Origin: an uncultured Gammaproteobacteria bacterium
GTDB taxonomy: Bacteria > Patescibacteriota > Patescibacteriia > CAZGFX01
Reading direction: 5' to 3'
Assembly (NCBI GenBank): GCA_964524845.1
Contig: CAZGFX010000001.1
Coordinates: forward strand, 227,740-291,739
Length of the DNA stretch: 64,000 nt
Position numbers and translations under genes: made by a program. The first letter of the stretch is position 1. Each line of letters starts with the position of its first letter. Shown in pieces: positions 1 through 8,513 of this stretch. The notes below the pieces were generated by a model that saw only the letters and a list, made by a program, of their open reading frames with translations, searched no databases and was not told the origin of the DNA.

Positions 1-456
1 GCGGTTGTAAACACCGGAACATTATCCGTCGATCAGATGTTTGAAGTTATTAAGCTTTCCGAGGATAATTGGTATGTCGCTGCGGCGGTTTTAAACACCG
101 GAACATTATCCGTCGATCAGATGTTTGAAGTGATCAAGCTTTCCGGGAATGATTGGCGTTTCATTGAAGATGTTGTAAAAACAGGGAAACTTTCGAATAA
201 GGAACTGTTTGAAGTTATTAAACTTTCCTGGAATAATCCGATTGTCGCTAAGACGGTTGTAAACACCGGAACATTATCCGTCGATCAGATGTTTGAAGTG
301 ATCAAGCTTTCCGGGAATGATTCGGACGTTGCTAAGGCGGTTGTAAAACAGATCAAATGGAAAAAAATGTCGCAAACCGAAATGTTTGAAGCGATTAAAC
401 TTTCGGGAAATGATAGATGTGTCGCTAAGGCGGTTGCAAATGTTCTGAAAAAATAA
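1..456 (+). CDS. C-terminal part of a tandem-repeat protein (gene begins upstream of window)
   Basis: Frame 1 is open from nt 1 to the stop at 454-456. Translation shows four to five ~40-aa repeats of the form VAKAVVNTGTLSVDQMFEVIKLSGNDW. A strong terminator follows. Confidence 0.5.
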   Translation, partial: AVVNTGTLSVDQMFEVIKLSEDNWYVAAAVLNTGTLSVDQMFEVIKLSGNDWRFIEDVVKTGKLSNKELFEVIKLSWNNPIVAKTVVNTGTLSVDQMFEVIKLSGNDSDVAKAVVKQIKWKKMSQTEMFEAIKLSGNDRCVAKAVANVLKK

Positions 457-467
457 TAAAACATTCC

Positions 468-500
468 CCCTCGATACAAAAGTATCGAGGGTTTTTTATT
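468..500 (+). terminator. rho-independent terminator
   Basis: Hairpin CCCTCGATAC-AAAA-GTATCGAGGG followed by TTTTTTATTTT. Confidence 0.8.
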
Positions 501-566
501 TTATTCCTGCTACGATTGGCTAAAATAACAATGTTTTGCTATTATGTATTCAATTACACAACACTT

Positions 567-1640
567 ATGGCGGAAAAGAATTATTTTATAAAAGGCGAAG
601 TTAAAGGAAAAAAGGCGTTTTCAGGCGCTCAACCTACAGGAAGTTTACATATAGGAAATTACCTTGGAGCTATAAAAAACTGGGTTGAATTAAGTAAAAA
701 CAACACTTGTTATTTTACTATTGTTGATCTTCACGCGCTTAGTATTCACAATGATCCTGATATAAGGAGGATTAATGCTCTCGACGCCGCGATTGTTTAT
801 CTCGCATCAGGAATAAATATAAAAAATGCTCACATATATATACAATCACATGTAAAAGAACATGTTGAATTAATGTGGCTTCTCAATTCTATAACACCTA
901 TTGCCGAGCTTGAGCGCATGACACAGTTCAAAGATAAAAAACAAAAGAACGAGAACAATATAAATGCTGCGCTTTTCACATATCCTGTGCTTATGGCAGC
1001 CGATATTCTTCTTTTTAATGCCGATATAGTTCCTGTAGGAGAGGACCAGTATCAACACGTCGAGCTAACGCGCACAATCGCTCGAAAATTCAACAGACTT
1101 TTCTGCGAAGAAACCGGAAAACCACCTTATTTTACGGAACCGATGATATACGAACCGATTATACCTCGTGTCATGTCTCTTTCTAATCCTGATAAAAAAA
1201 TGTCAAAATCAGACGCGTCCGCTTCATATATTGGAATGTTTGATGATCCAGATATAATCGTAAAGAAAATAAACCGTGCTGTCACCGAAACAAAATCCGA
1301 TGGACGTGGCAGCATGGGAACTGGAGTGAAAAATCTAATAGAACTGCTTCGTGCGTTTGGAGGAATATCGGACGCAAACAGGTTTGAACAATTATATAAT
1401 GACGGAGTATTACAATTTTCAGAACTCAAAAAAACTCTTGCGGAACATATTATAAACGAACTTACCCCTATTCAAAAAAGACGTCTCGAACTATTAGATA
1501 ATATAGATGAGGTGAAAAAAATGTTAAGCAATGGAGCAGATCACGCTAGAAAAGAGGCGTGTGAGCGTATGCGCGCAATCAAAGAACACATAGGACTCAT
1601 TGATGATGGTTTTTCTTGCGATATTACCCTACCTCACTAA
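567..1640 (+). CDS. trpS: tryptophanyl-tRNA synthetase
   Basis: Class I aaRS HIGH-type motif (SLHIGNYLGAI) and KMSKS motif (KMSKSD). Length is ~357 aa from the ATG at 567. The track ORF actually begins with TTG at 516, inside the upstream terminator T-run. Confidence 0.85.
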   Translation: MAEKNYFIKGEVKGKKAFSGAQPTGSLHIGNYLGAIKNWVELSKNNTCYFTIVDLHALSIHNDPDIRRINALDAAIVYLASGINIKNAHIYIQSHVKEHVELMWLLNSITPIAELERMTQFKDKKQKNENNINAALFTYPVLMAADILLFNADIVPVGEDQYQHVELTRTIARKFNRLFCEETGKPPYFTEPMIYEPIIPRVMSLSNPDKKMSKSDASASYIGMFDDPDIIVKKINRAVTETKSDGRGSMGTGVKNLIELLRAFGGISDANRFEQLYNDGVLQFSELKKTLAEHIINELTPIQKRRLELLDNIDEVKKMLSNGADHARKEACERMRAIKEHIGLIDDGFSCDITLPH

Positions 1641-2852
1641 AGAAACTACGACCTCTGCATGTTCCGTATGAGGAAACATATCAATCATACGAGCTTTTTC
1701 GGCGCGCCAGCCGCCCTCAAAAAACAATGGTAAATCATTTAATAAAGAGGTTGGTTTGCATGATATATAAACAAGTCTATTTGCCGTACTTGTGTTAATT
1801 GCAGAAATTGCTTTTTTATGAACACCGACGCGCGGAGGATCCACTATAATTTTTGAAATATTGGAAAGATCTATTTTTTCCATATCGTTTTCAATAGCGC
1901 CAACATGAAATTGTACGTTGCTTATTCCATTAAGTAGGGCGGCCTGGCGCGCCTGATTTACCGACTCGTGAACGATTTCCATACCAACAACCCTACCAAC
2001 AAGAGAGGATATAAATAAAGATATGGAACCTACACCACAATACAAATCAAGTACTATGTCGTCTTTTTTAGGAGCCAAATACTCACATGCGACACCATAT
2101 AATTCAGGAATCATGAGACTGTTTGCCTGCCAAAACGTTTCAGGACGTATTCGAAATTCTAATTTTTTTCCATCAGGAATAAATTTATTTTTCTCAAAAA
2201 CACCCGTATTTAAATACTCTCCGATATATCCTGAACCGAAAAGAACAGTCTCGTTTCCATATGTGACAACATCTCCTTGCGCATCATTTTCTACATCAAT
2301 AAAAGTATTAACTCCTGCTTCTTTCAATTTCTCTGCTAGATGAGCGCGACACGCTTCATATGTATCAATAGGATATAAAGACGAATGAACGAGTATGATC
2401 ATTATTTGTTTCGTGTGTTTTGCTTCACGAATAATACAATGACGAAGAAAACCAGTGTGTTTGCGTGTTGAATACGAGACAAAACCATGTGTTTCAGTCC
2501 AATCAGAGATAATCTTCAAAAATTTTCCTGCCGATCCTGAAAACAAAGGACACTCATCAACCCTAAAAACTCCTCCAAGTATTTCTGTTTCATTTGATGA
2601 AATAATTTTTGTATGAAGTCCTAGAAGAGTGCGATCAAGGTTTCCTCCAAAAGAATATTCCATTTTTGATCGATATTCCCATATATTAGAAGACCGAACA
2701 GTGTCTTCCCACAGCTGTTCCGAAATAACCGCATTTAAAAGCTTCTTGGTGTTTTTTTCTTTTTCAATCACCTGTTCCTCGTATGGAATATTTTGAAACT
2801 GGCAACCACCACACACCCCAAAATGTTTGCATGTTTTTCTATCAGAAGACAT
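1629..2852 (-). CDS. rlmD: 23S rRNA (uracil-5)-methyltransferase RlmD/RumA family
   Basis: N-terminal Cys cluster CKHFGVCGGC (4Fe-4S/TRAM region). SAM methyltransferase motifs DLYCGVGSISLF and DPPRVG. The 3' end overlaps trpS convergently by 12 nt. Confidence 0.8.
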   Translation of the reverse strand: MSSDRKTCKHFGVCGGCQFQNIPYEEQVIEKEKNTKKLLNAVISEQLWEDTVRSSNIWEYRSKMEYSFGGNLDRTLLGLHTKIISSNETEILGGVFRVDECPLFSGSAGKFLKIISDWTETHGFVSYSTRKHTGFLRHCIIREAKHTKQIMIILVHSSLYPIDTYEACRAHLAEKLKEAGVNTFIDVENDAQGDVVTYGNETVLFGSGYIGEYLNTGVFEKNKFIPDGKKLEFRIRPETFWQANSLMIPELYGVACEYLAPKKDDIVLDLYCGVGSISLFISSLVGRVVGMEIVHESVNQARQAALLNGISNVQFHVGAIENDMEKIDLSNISKIIVDPPRVGVHKKAISAINTSTANRLVYISCKPTSLLNDLPLFFEGGWRAEKARMIDMFPHTEHAEVVVSLVR

Positions 2853-3004
2853 ATGTTACAAAAATTGTGATATTTAAAATATCGCTTTATTACCAATAAC
2901 AAAACCAGTATATACGAAAAAAACAAACAAATATAGCCCAAAAACGTCAGAAATCACATGTTTTCCATTGCTAATAATTCTTATAATGCACATAATTATG
3001 ATAT

Positions 3005-3847
3005 ATGACACATAAAGCACAGCATATCGATGGTACTTTAATTGCCGAGGAAATACATGAATCGGTAAAAAATACCATTGCTGAAAGCAATATAACACCA
3101 CATCTAGCTATTGTACTTGTTGGAGAAACACCAGAATCTTTGTCTTATATAGCCATAAAGAAAAAAAGAGCTGAATCAGTTGGTATTATGTTTGCTTTGT
3201 ATAAACTACCAGAAAAATCAAAAGAAGAAGAAATAATAGAAACAATAACATTTTTAAACAATGACCCAGATATACATGGTGTAATGGTGCAATTACCACT
3301 CCCGAAACACATTAATACACAAAACATACTAAATCATATAGAGCCATCGAAGGATGTTGATTGTCTTAATCCACACACAATCGAAAAATATACTTATGGT
3401 CAGGACTGTTTTGAACCACCGCTTGCTGGCGCTCTCCGAAAATGTCTTGAATATACAAATGTTCGACTCGATCGCAAACGCGCACTTATTATAACGAAGA
3501 ATAAACCACTAGCTGATGTTCTTTCTTTCGCGTGCAGTATGTATAGTATTATTCCGAAAACACACCTATATGGCACGGATCACTCGGTAATCGAAAATGA
3601 ATCTTTTGATATTATTATCACTGTTGTCGGAGCCCCTCATAGTGTTACTCATGATATGCTTAAACACTGCTCAATTGTTATTGATATGAGTTTTATAAAA
3701 AAACCCGACGGGACTATCACTAGCGATACGGATCAGAAAGAAGTGGAAAGAACCGTCGAATGGATGACCACCGTCCCAGGAGGAGCCGGACCAATTACTG
3801 TTGCCCTATTACTTAAAAACACACTCGACGCCGCATTAGATGCTTAA
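3005..3847 (+). CDS. folD: bifunctional methylenetetrahydrofolate dehydrogenase/cyclohydrolase
   Basis: IDGTLIAEEI N-terminus, VMVQLPLPKHIN motif, and C-terminal PGGAGPITVALLLKNT. Confidence 0.85.
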   Translation: MTHKAQHIDGTLIAEEIHESVKNTIAESNITPHLAIVLVGETPESLSYIAIKKKRAESVGIMFALYKLPEKSKEEEIIETITFLNNDPDIHGVMVQLPLPKHINTQNILNHIEPSKDVDCLNPHTIEKYTYGQDCFEPPLAGALRKCLEYTNVRLDRKRALIITKNKPLADVLSFACSMYSIIPKTHLYGTDHSVIENESFDIIITVVGAPHSVTHDMLKHCSIVIDMSFIKKPDGTITSDTDQKEVERTVEWMTTVPGGAGPITVALLLKNTLDAALDA

Positions 3848-4002
3848 AAATGTATTAAACGATGTTTTTTGGCTTAAAAACATTGTTTTTGGTATTTGAC
3901 AGAATTAAATATATTTTCTATAATAGATTGAAACAATAAAATAAAAATTATTAAACAGCTCTCAAAATAAAAAGCCCCGCGAACGGGACAAGGAGAATTG
4001 AA

Positions 4003-4545
4003 ATGGAAAAAGAAAAAATCATTGATATTTTAAAACAAAGTAATTGGCTTCGCATTCTTGTTGCGGACGATACTGAAGAAAACATCGTCGCAGCGAAAAA
4101 GTGTTTCGAAGAAATTAATTTCAACGGGGACTTATCCGTCGTGTTCGTTTCCAATGGATCAGAAGCGATCGAGATCTTAAAAAGAGAAGAAACCGATCTG
4201 GTTATTACAGATCTTACTATGGAAAAAGAAAAAACCGGTCTCGATGTAATTCGCAGAGCTCTTGAACACAAGGCATTCGGGTATATCGCCACAGGACAAA
4301 ATTACGACCACTCTGATAATGACGCTCACGGACCAAATACGACTGTCATTCCTACAGGAAAAAGCATTAAAGGAAGAAAAAACAAACCCGAGGTTTGGAA
4401 AGAAATTCTTAATATAATTATCAAGGATTCTACAGAAAATCAGGAAACAGCACAAAGAATCAAATCGACAAAAAGATACTGGAAAAATGTCGGGAAGGGT
4501 CTGTCTTCAACAGCTCTAGAACTAACAATGCAATTATATCAATAA
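4003..4545 (+). CDS. response-regulator receiver domain protein with non-DNA-binding C-terminal extension
   Basis: ILVADDTEEN...DLVITDLTMEK receiver (CheY-like) motifs. The C-terminal 70 aa have no recognisable output domain. Start context is CAAGGAGAATTGAAATG. Confidence 0.6.
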   Translation: MEKEKIIDILKQSNWLRILVADDTEENIVAAKKCFEEINFNGDLSVVFVSNGSEAIEILKREETDLVITDLTMEKEKTGLDVIRRALEHKAFGYIATGQNYDHSDNDAHGPNTTVIPTGKSIKGRKNKPEVWKEILNIIIKDSTENQETAQRIKSTKRYWKNVGKGLSSTALELTMQLYQ

Positions 4546-4555
4546 TATACCAAAC

Positions 4556-4586
4556 ACCTCTGATAAACATTCAGAGGTGTTTTTAA
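4556..4586. terminator. terminator hairpin between convergent genes
   Basis: ACACCTCTGA-TAAACAT-TCAGAGGTGT followed by TTTTT. Confidence 0.7.
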
Positions 4587-4613
4587 TTGAAAAAATTTCG
4601 AGTTATGAAAAAA

Positions 4614-5417
4614 TCACAATAAGCTTGCCTGAAAAGCGTTCATCTTACCTATTACGTTCACATCCATTATAAAATTAAGATCATACACCATCTGGCTTTC
4701 TGTTGTATGACACCATGCCGTCACCTTATTATCCTTGATATTTTGAACATCGATGACGTGTTGTAAAAACTCGTGCTTTTCAACATCCTCCGGAACAAGA
4801 TATGTTATTCCAAGTTGTTCTCCATTCATATATGCAGTACGAACAACATCCTCAATAGTAGGTGTTTCGGACCATGTGACTTGAATTGGCGTTTTCGCAC
4901 CTCCTTGATGATACCATATTCGTCCATGTCGGCATCCATAATCATAAAGCATGCGTGTCAGTTTAACATCGTTGAGACAATAAGCATCAAGCGACTCCCA
5001 ATCTTTTAAACGATAATATTTCACCGCATCGAGACCAGCTCCTGATTTATGAGAAAGAAGCGTTGATTCGACGACTGATTCGAGTTTTAGACGATGACCG
5101 ATACGATTTGTTATATCAACAAGAATATCGCGATGAGTAATTTGTTTTAGATCAAAATCGGGATAATAAGGCTGAAGTACAGCGAAATCAAATGAGATAG
5201 AGTTAAATCCAACAACAAGATCACAAGAAGCTAGAACATCTTTGAGTTCATGAAGTTGATTTTCATGATAAGCTCGATATTCATTGGTTTTTGAATCATA
5301 TATTCCACATGTTGAAATACCAAGCAAATGATTTTGTTTGTTTCCTCCGCCAACTTCTCCAAATAAACGCTTTGTCTCCAAATCAAGCACTATAATATGC
5401 TTTTCATCGTGTGACAT
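4614..5417 (-). CDS. DEDDy-type 3'-5' exonuclease domain protein (DnaQ-like/RNase D-like)
   Basis: Exo I IVLDLET, Exo II FNSISFDFAVL, Exo III YCLNDVKLT (YxxxD). Confidence 0.55.
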   Translation of the reverse strand: MSHDEKHIIVLDLETKRLFGEVGGGNKQNHLLGISTCGIYDSKTNEYRAYHENQLHELKDVLASCDLVVGFNSISFDFAVLQPYYPDFDLKQITHRDILVDITNRIGHRLKLESVVESTLLSHKSGAGLDAVKYYRLKDWESLDAYCLNDVKLTRMLYDYGCRHGRIWYHQGGAKTPIQVTWSETPTIEDVVRTAYMNGEQLGITYLVPEDVEKHEFLQHVIDVQNIKDNKVTAWCHTTESQMVYDLNFIMDVNVIGKMNAFQASLL

Positions 5418-5422
5418 AGGCC

Positions 5423-6298
5423 CTAGTTAAACTTAATTGTATTAATCGTTTCATCAAGCGTACTTCCTGGTGTTTTCCCTTCAACAAAATATGTGACAGT
5501 CCGAAGCCACTCTACAATACTTCGTTTGAGTTGTGATGTAAGCATTCCTACGCCATTTTGAGCCCCTTCAAGCGCAACGAATTTCTTTAGACGATCATTT
5601 GTAGGACTTCCGAAAAACAATGATTCACTAGATTGAAAAGCAATAGTATCCTGTTTTGATGCAACAATAAGTACTGGGTTACTATAAAGTTGCATGTACG
5701 TGGACGTATTTATTCCTCTTGCTTCTGTTGTTGGAGAAAACAAAAGAAGATTCGCTATAGAACCACTCAACAAAGAATCGTTGGTTACCGCAATCGCGAG
5801 ATTTGCTCCGAAACCAGCTCCCATCAAAGATATGGACATGTCTTTGTTTCGTGATTTCAAAAAATTATATCCTGCAAGAATATCATACTTCATCGCTTGA
5901 AAATCACGAGAAGTAAATGCCGTATAATCTCCGCTCGAACGACCATGTCCACGAAGATCAATCGCTAGAACAGAAAATCCATATTTTACGAGAATATCAT
6001 TCGTATCACCCCAATCACTGGCATTACCTCCAATATCATGAATTAAAATCACTCCGTATTCTTTACTACTTCTAGTATAATCAGCTCCTATACTTACACC
6101 ATCAGACGTAAGTACACGAACTTGTCTTACTTGTTGTTCTTTTATGTCTTTTTGTTCTGATATTTCAACCTTATGTGTATACACAAAAAAACCAAGCAAT
6201 ACTACGACTGCGGCAAAAAAACCTAATATAAGAAATATTCTAGCTTGTACTGTCATAAAAACTACTTTTAGTGTACTTAAAAAACTGTTCTTTAGCAA
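5423..6298 (-). CDS. membrane-anchored alpha/beta-hydrolase-fold protein (nucleophile elbow degenerate)
   Basis: N-terminal TM helix. VILIHDIGG and LRGHGRSSG motifs. The GxSxG position reads GAGFG (no Ser), so the protein is possibly non-catalytic or atypical. Same operon as queG and the exonuclease (3-5 nt gaps). Confidence 0.5.
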   Translation of the reverse strand: MLKNSFLSTLKVVFMTVQARIFLILGFFAAVVVLLGFFVYTHKVEISEQKDIKEQQVRQVRVLTSDGVSIGADYTRSSKEYGVILIHDIGGNASDWGDTNDILVKYGFSVLAIDLRGHGRSSGDYTAFTSRDFQAMKYDILAGYNFLKSRNKDMSISLMGAGFGANLAIAVTNDSLLSGSIANLLLFSPTTEARGINTSTYMQLYSNPVLIVASKQDTIAFQSSESLFFGSPTNDRLKKFVALEGAQNGVGMLTSQLKRSIVEWLRTVTYFVEGKTPGSTLDETINTIKFN

Positions 6299-6301
6299 GA
6301 G

Positions 6302-7471
6302 TTAGCCAAAAAATGACTTAAAAAAGCCTCTTACAAGCGAAGAATCTTCTTCTTTAAAAGCTTTTTCAATAATTATAGAACACTCCTTTTTTTCTCCGGG
6401 ATTTTTTTTAATAATACGAGTCATGGCTCGGACGGCTGTTGCACGCACAACCTCGTTGTTATCAAAAAGTTTTTTTACGACATGTGGTAATGCTTCTTTT
6501 GAACCCCAACACCCAATCGCACCAAGAATATTTCTTATAAAACCACAGTGTTTTATTCTTTTTATTGGTGAGTTGTTAAATCTTCGTATAAAATCACTAT
6601 CCGTAATTTCGATACAATCCAACAGAAATGGATAAACTAGATCATCGCGAAAAGAAAAAAACGAGGATATTTTTCCTTCTATATTAGAACTTCTGTTCCA
6701 AGGACATACCTCCTGACATGTATCACATCCATATATTCTATTTCCAATTTTTTCTTCATACTCATCTGGGATTACTCCTTTATACTCAATTGTCAGATAA
6801 GAAATACATTTTCTGGAGTCCAAGAAACCATCTTCTCCTAGAGCCACTGTCGGGCACGCGCGGCGGCATCGGATACACTGATTGCATGATTTTGATTGAA
6901 CGGATTGTTGAGATTGTGAAAAAAGTTCGTCCGGCTCAATATAAATACTACACACTATTTCAGAAAGAAACACATACGAACCATGATTATTCGTGATAAG
7001 ATTTTTATTATTTCCTATATACCCGATGCCGCCGCGCTCAGCACACTCGCGTTCAAGGATTGGTCCAGTATCAACGTAGGCGCGAAATATCGAGTCTTTT
7101 TCACACTTTGTTTTTATTGATTCGATCAAATTATTAAGCGCTCGCTCAATAACCTTATGATAGTCATCAAAAAGTGCGTATCTAGCGATAATGCCTCGAC
7201 TTGGATCATTTGCTTTTTTCGGGTCAAAATAATCTTTCGGTGGAACATACGAAACCCCAAGCACAATAATGGTTTTTATTTCTTCAAATAATTTACGAGG
7301 ATCGAGCCTTGTCTCGATATTTCGCGCAAACCACCCCATATCACCATGCATTCCGTTTACAACCCACTCTTTTACTTCTTTACAAAACGAAGATTGTGTT
7401 GGTGTTATAAAACCAACATAATCAAAACCTTGTCTAACTGCTTCTCCTTTTATAAATTCTTTTAAATCCAT
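6302..7471 (-). CDS. queG: tRNA epoxyqueuosine reductase
   Basis: Ferredoxin-type Cys motifs CNQCIRCRRACP and CDTCQEVCP. C-terminal HEAT-like segment EVVRATAVRAM. Confidence 0.7.
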   Translation of the reverse strand: MDLKEFIKGEAVRQGFDYVGFITPTQSSFCKEVKEWVVNGMHGDMGWFARNIETRLDPRKLFEEIKTIIVLGVSYVPPKDYFDPKKANDPSRGIIARYALFDDYHKVIERALNNLIESIKTKCEKDSIFRAYVDTGPILERECAERGGIGYIGNNKNLITNNHGSYVFLSEIVCSIYIEPDELFSQSQQSVQSKSCNQCIRCRRACPTVALGEDGFLDSRKCISYLTIEYKGVIPDEYEEKIGNRIYGCDTCQEVCPWNRSSNIEGKISSFFSFRDDLVYPFLLDCIEITDSDFIRRFNNSPIKRIKHCGFIRNILGAIGCWGSKEALPHVVKKLFDNNEVVRATAVRAMTRIIKKNPGEKKECSIIIEKAFKEEDSSLVRGFFKSFFG

Positions 7472-7485
7472 TTTATTGAGTTAAT

Positions 7486-7520
7486 TATGAACTTATAAAT
7501 AACATCTGTTTATACATAAA
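7486..7520 (+). repeat. 35-nt direct repeat, copy 1 (TATGAACTTATAAATAACATCTGTTTATACATAAA)
   Basis: Matches 10341-10375 at 33/35 positions (20-nt and 10-nt exact blocks). Confidence 0.7.
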
Positions 7521-7651
7521 TACTATATCAGGTATCATCACATAAAAAAAGCAATTTTTGAAAAAACCGCTAAGGGCATTTTATTTCTTACCCTTTTCTG
7601 TTTTTAGTGTTTTTTAAACACGTTTGCTATAATAAAAGTATAAAACTTTTC

Positions 7652-8008
7652 ATGGAAAACAAATTTCATAAATTAAAATTTGAGGACGAGATTTCGTTAT
7701 TAGAAAACGATACAACAGATTACACTGAAACGAAAAAATATCTTTTTCCTTTAATTGAGAATTCGATCAATATCAATAGATTTTCTTTCTCGGAAAAAGA
7801 AAAAATAATGCTTACACATAAATTATTATCAGATATTCCAATAAGTGCGCGAAGATACTTATCAAACAAAATAAATAAAGAAAAAAGAACTCATTTTTGC
7901 TTGTATTTTAGTTGGTATATTTCAGAAACGATCAATAAAGAACTGAAAAAACAAAGTTTATTACGAAAAATAAAAGCCGTTTTTACACGGCTTTTGAGGA
8001 TTTGTTGA
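7652..8008 (+). CDS. hypothetical protein
   Basis: ORF beginning MENKFHKLKF, downstream of an extended -10 (TGCTATAAT at ~7628-7636). No recognisable domain. Confidence 0.35.
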   Translation: MENKFHKLKFEDEISLLENDTTDYTETKKYLFPLIENSININRFSFSEKEKIMLTHKLLSDIPISARRYLSNKINKEKRTHFCLYFSWYISETINKELKKQSLLRKIKAVFTRLLRIC

Positions 8009-8014
8009 TTCTAA

Positions 8015-8230
8015 TTAAGAACCGTTTTTTGGATTAACAGTTTCTTTAAAAATTTCGTACAATTCTTTCCCTGTTTCTGAATCAGAAACCTTATTAATAT
8101 TTCTTTCTTCTAAGTCTCCTGATTTTACAGCGTCATTTCTAGCATCGTGCCAAGCAGAAGAAACTTCCGATTCTGTTGTTTTAGTATCTTTTGCAGCATC
8201 GTTTTTATTATATTCACTCATTATACTCAC
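8015..8230 (-). CDS. small hydrophilic hypothetical protein (71 aa)
   Basis: Strong SD AAAGGAGGTGA 5 nt upstream of the ATG at 8230. No TM segment or Cys. Confidence 0.4.
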   Translation of the reverse strand: MSIMSEYNKNDAAKDTKTTESEVSSAWHDARNDAVKSGDLEERNINKVSDSETGKELYEIFKETVNPKNGS

Positions 8231-8310
8231 CTCCTTTCAAAGGATTTTTAAATTACATTTCAATAAACATTATTGTTTATTGGTATTTTTTGTTTTTTGA
8301 AGATTTTTAC

Positions 8311-8397
8311 CCTGAATTTATTTCAGGGCTTGTCCTGAACTTGTTTCAGGGCTTGTCCTGAACTTGTTTCAGGGCTTGTCCTGAACTTGTTTCAGGA
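8311..8397. repeat. tandem palindromic repeats (CTTGTCCTGAACTTGTTTCAGGG x3.5, each a CCTGAA-N4-TTCAGG hairpin)
   Basis: Read directly from sequence. Shares the 17-mer CCTGAATTTATTTCAGG with 23078-23094. Confidence 0.8.
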
Positions 8398-8475
8398 TGG
8401 GTATTGTTTTCATAATTTGGCTCATATAGTAACCCATTAAGAAATATATGAGCCGTATGTGAAAACAATTATAGA

Positions 8476-8513
8476 GCTTGTCCCGAGTCGTGTTTTTCAA
8501 CACGACGAGGGAT
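8476..8513 (-). repeat. 38-nt leader element, copy A (inverted exact copy of 53649-53686)
   Basis: The reverse complement of 8476-8513 equals 53649-53686 exactly. It forms an 8-bp stem (GTCGTGTT/AACACGAC) with a GAAA tetraloop on the minus strand here. Confidence 0.8.

Noticed and set aside
516-566. Track start of trpS at 516
   Set aside because: Position 516-518 is TTG, embedded in the T-run of the upstream terminator. The ATG at 567 gives a canonical TrpRS N-terminus, so the longer form is probably wrong.
1629-1640. 12-nt convergent overlap of trpS and rlmD 3' ends as a regulatory feature
   Set aside because: Short tail-to-tail overlaps are common in compact genomes and need no special explanation.
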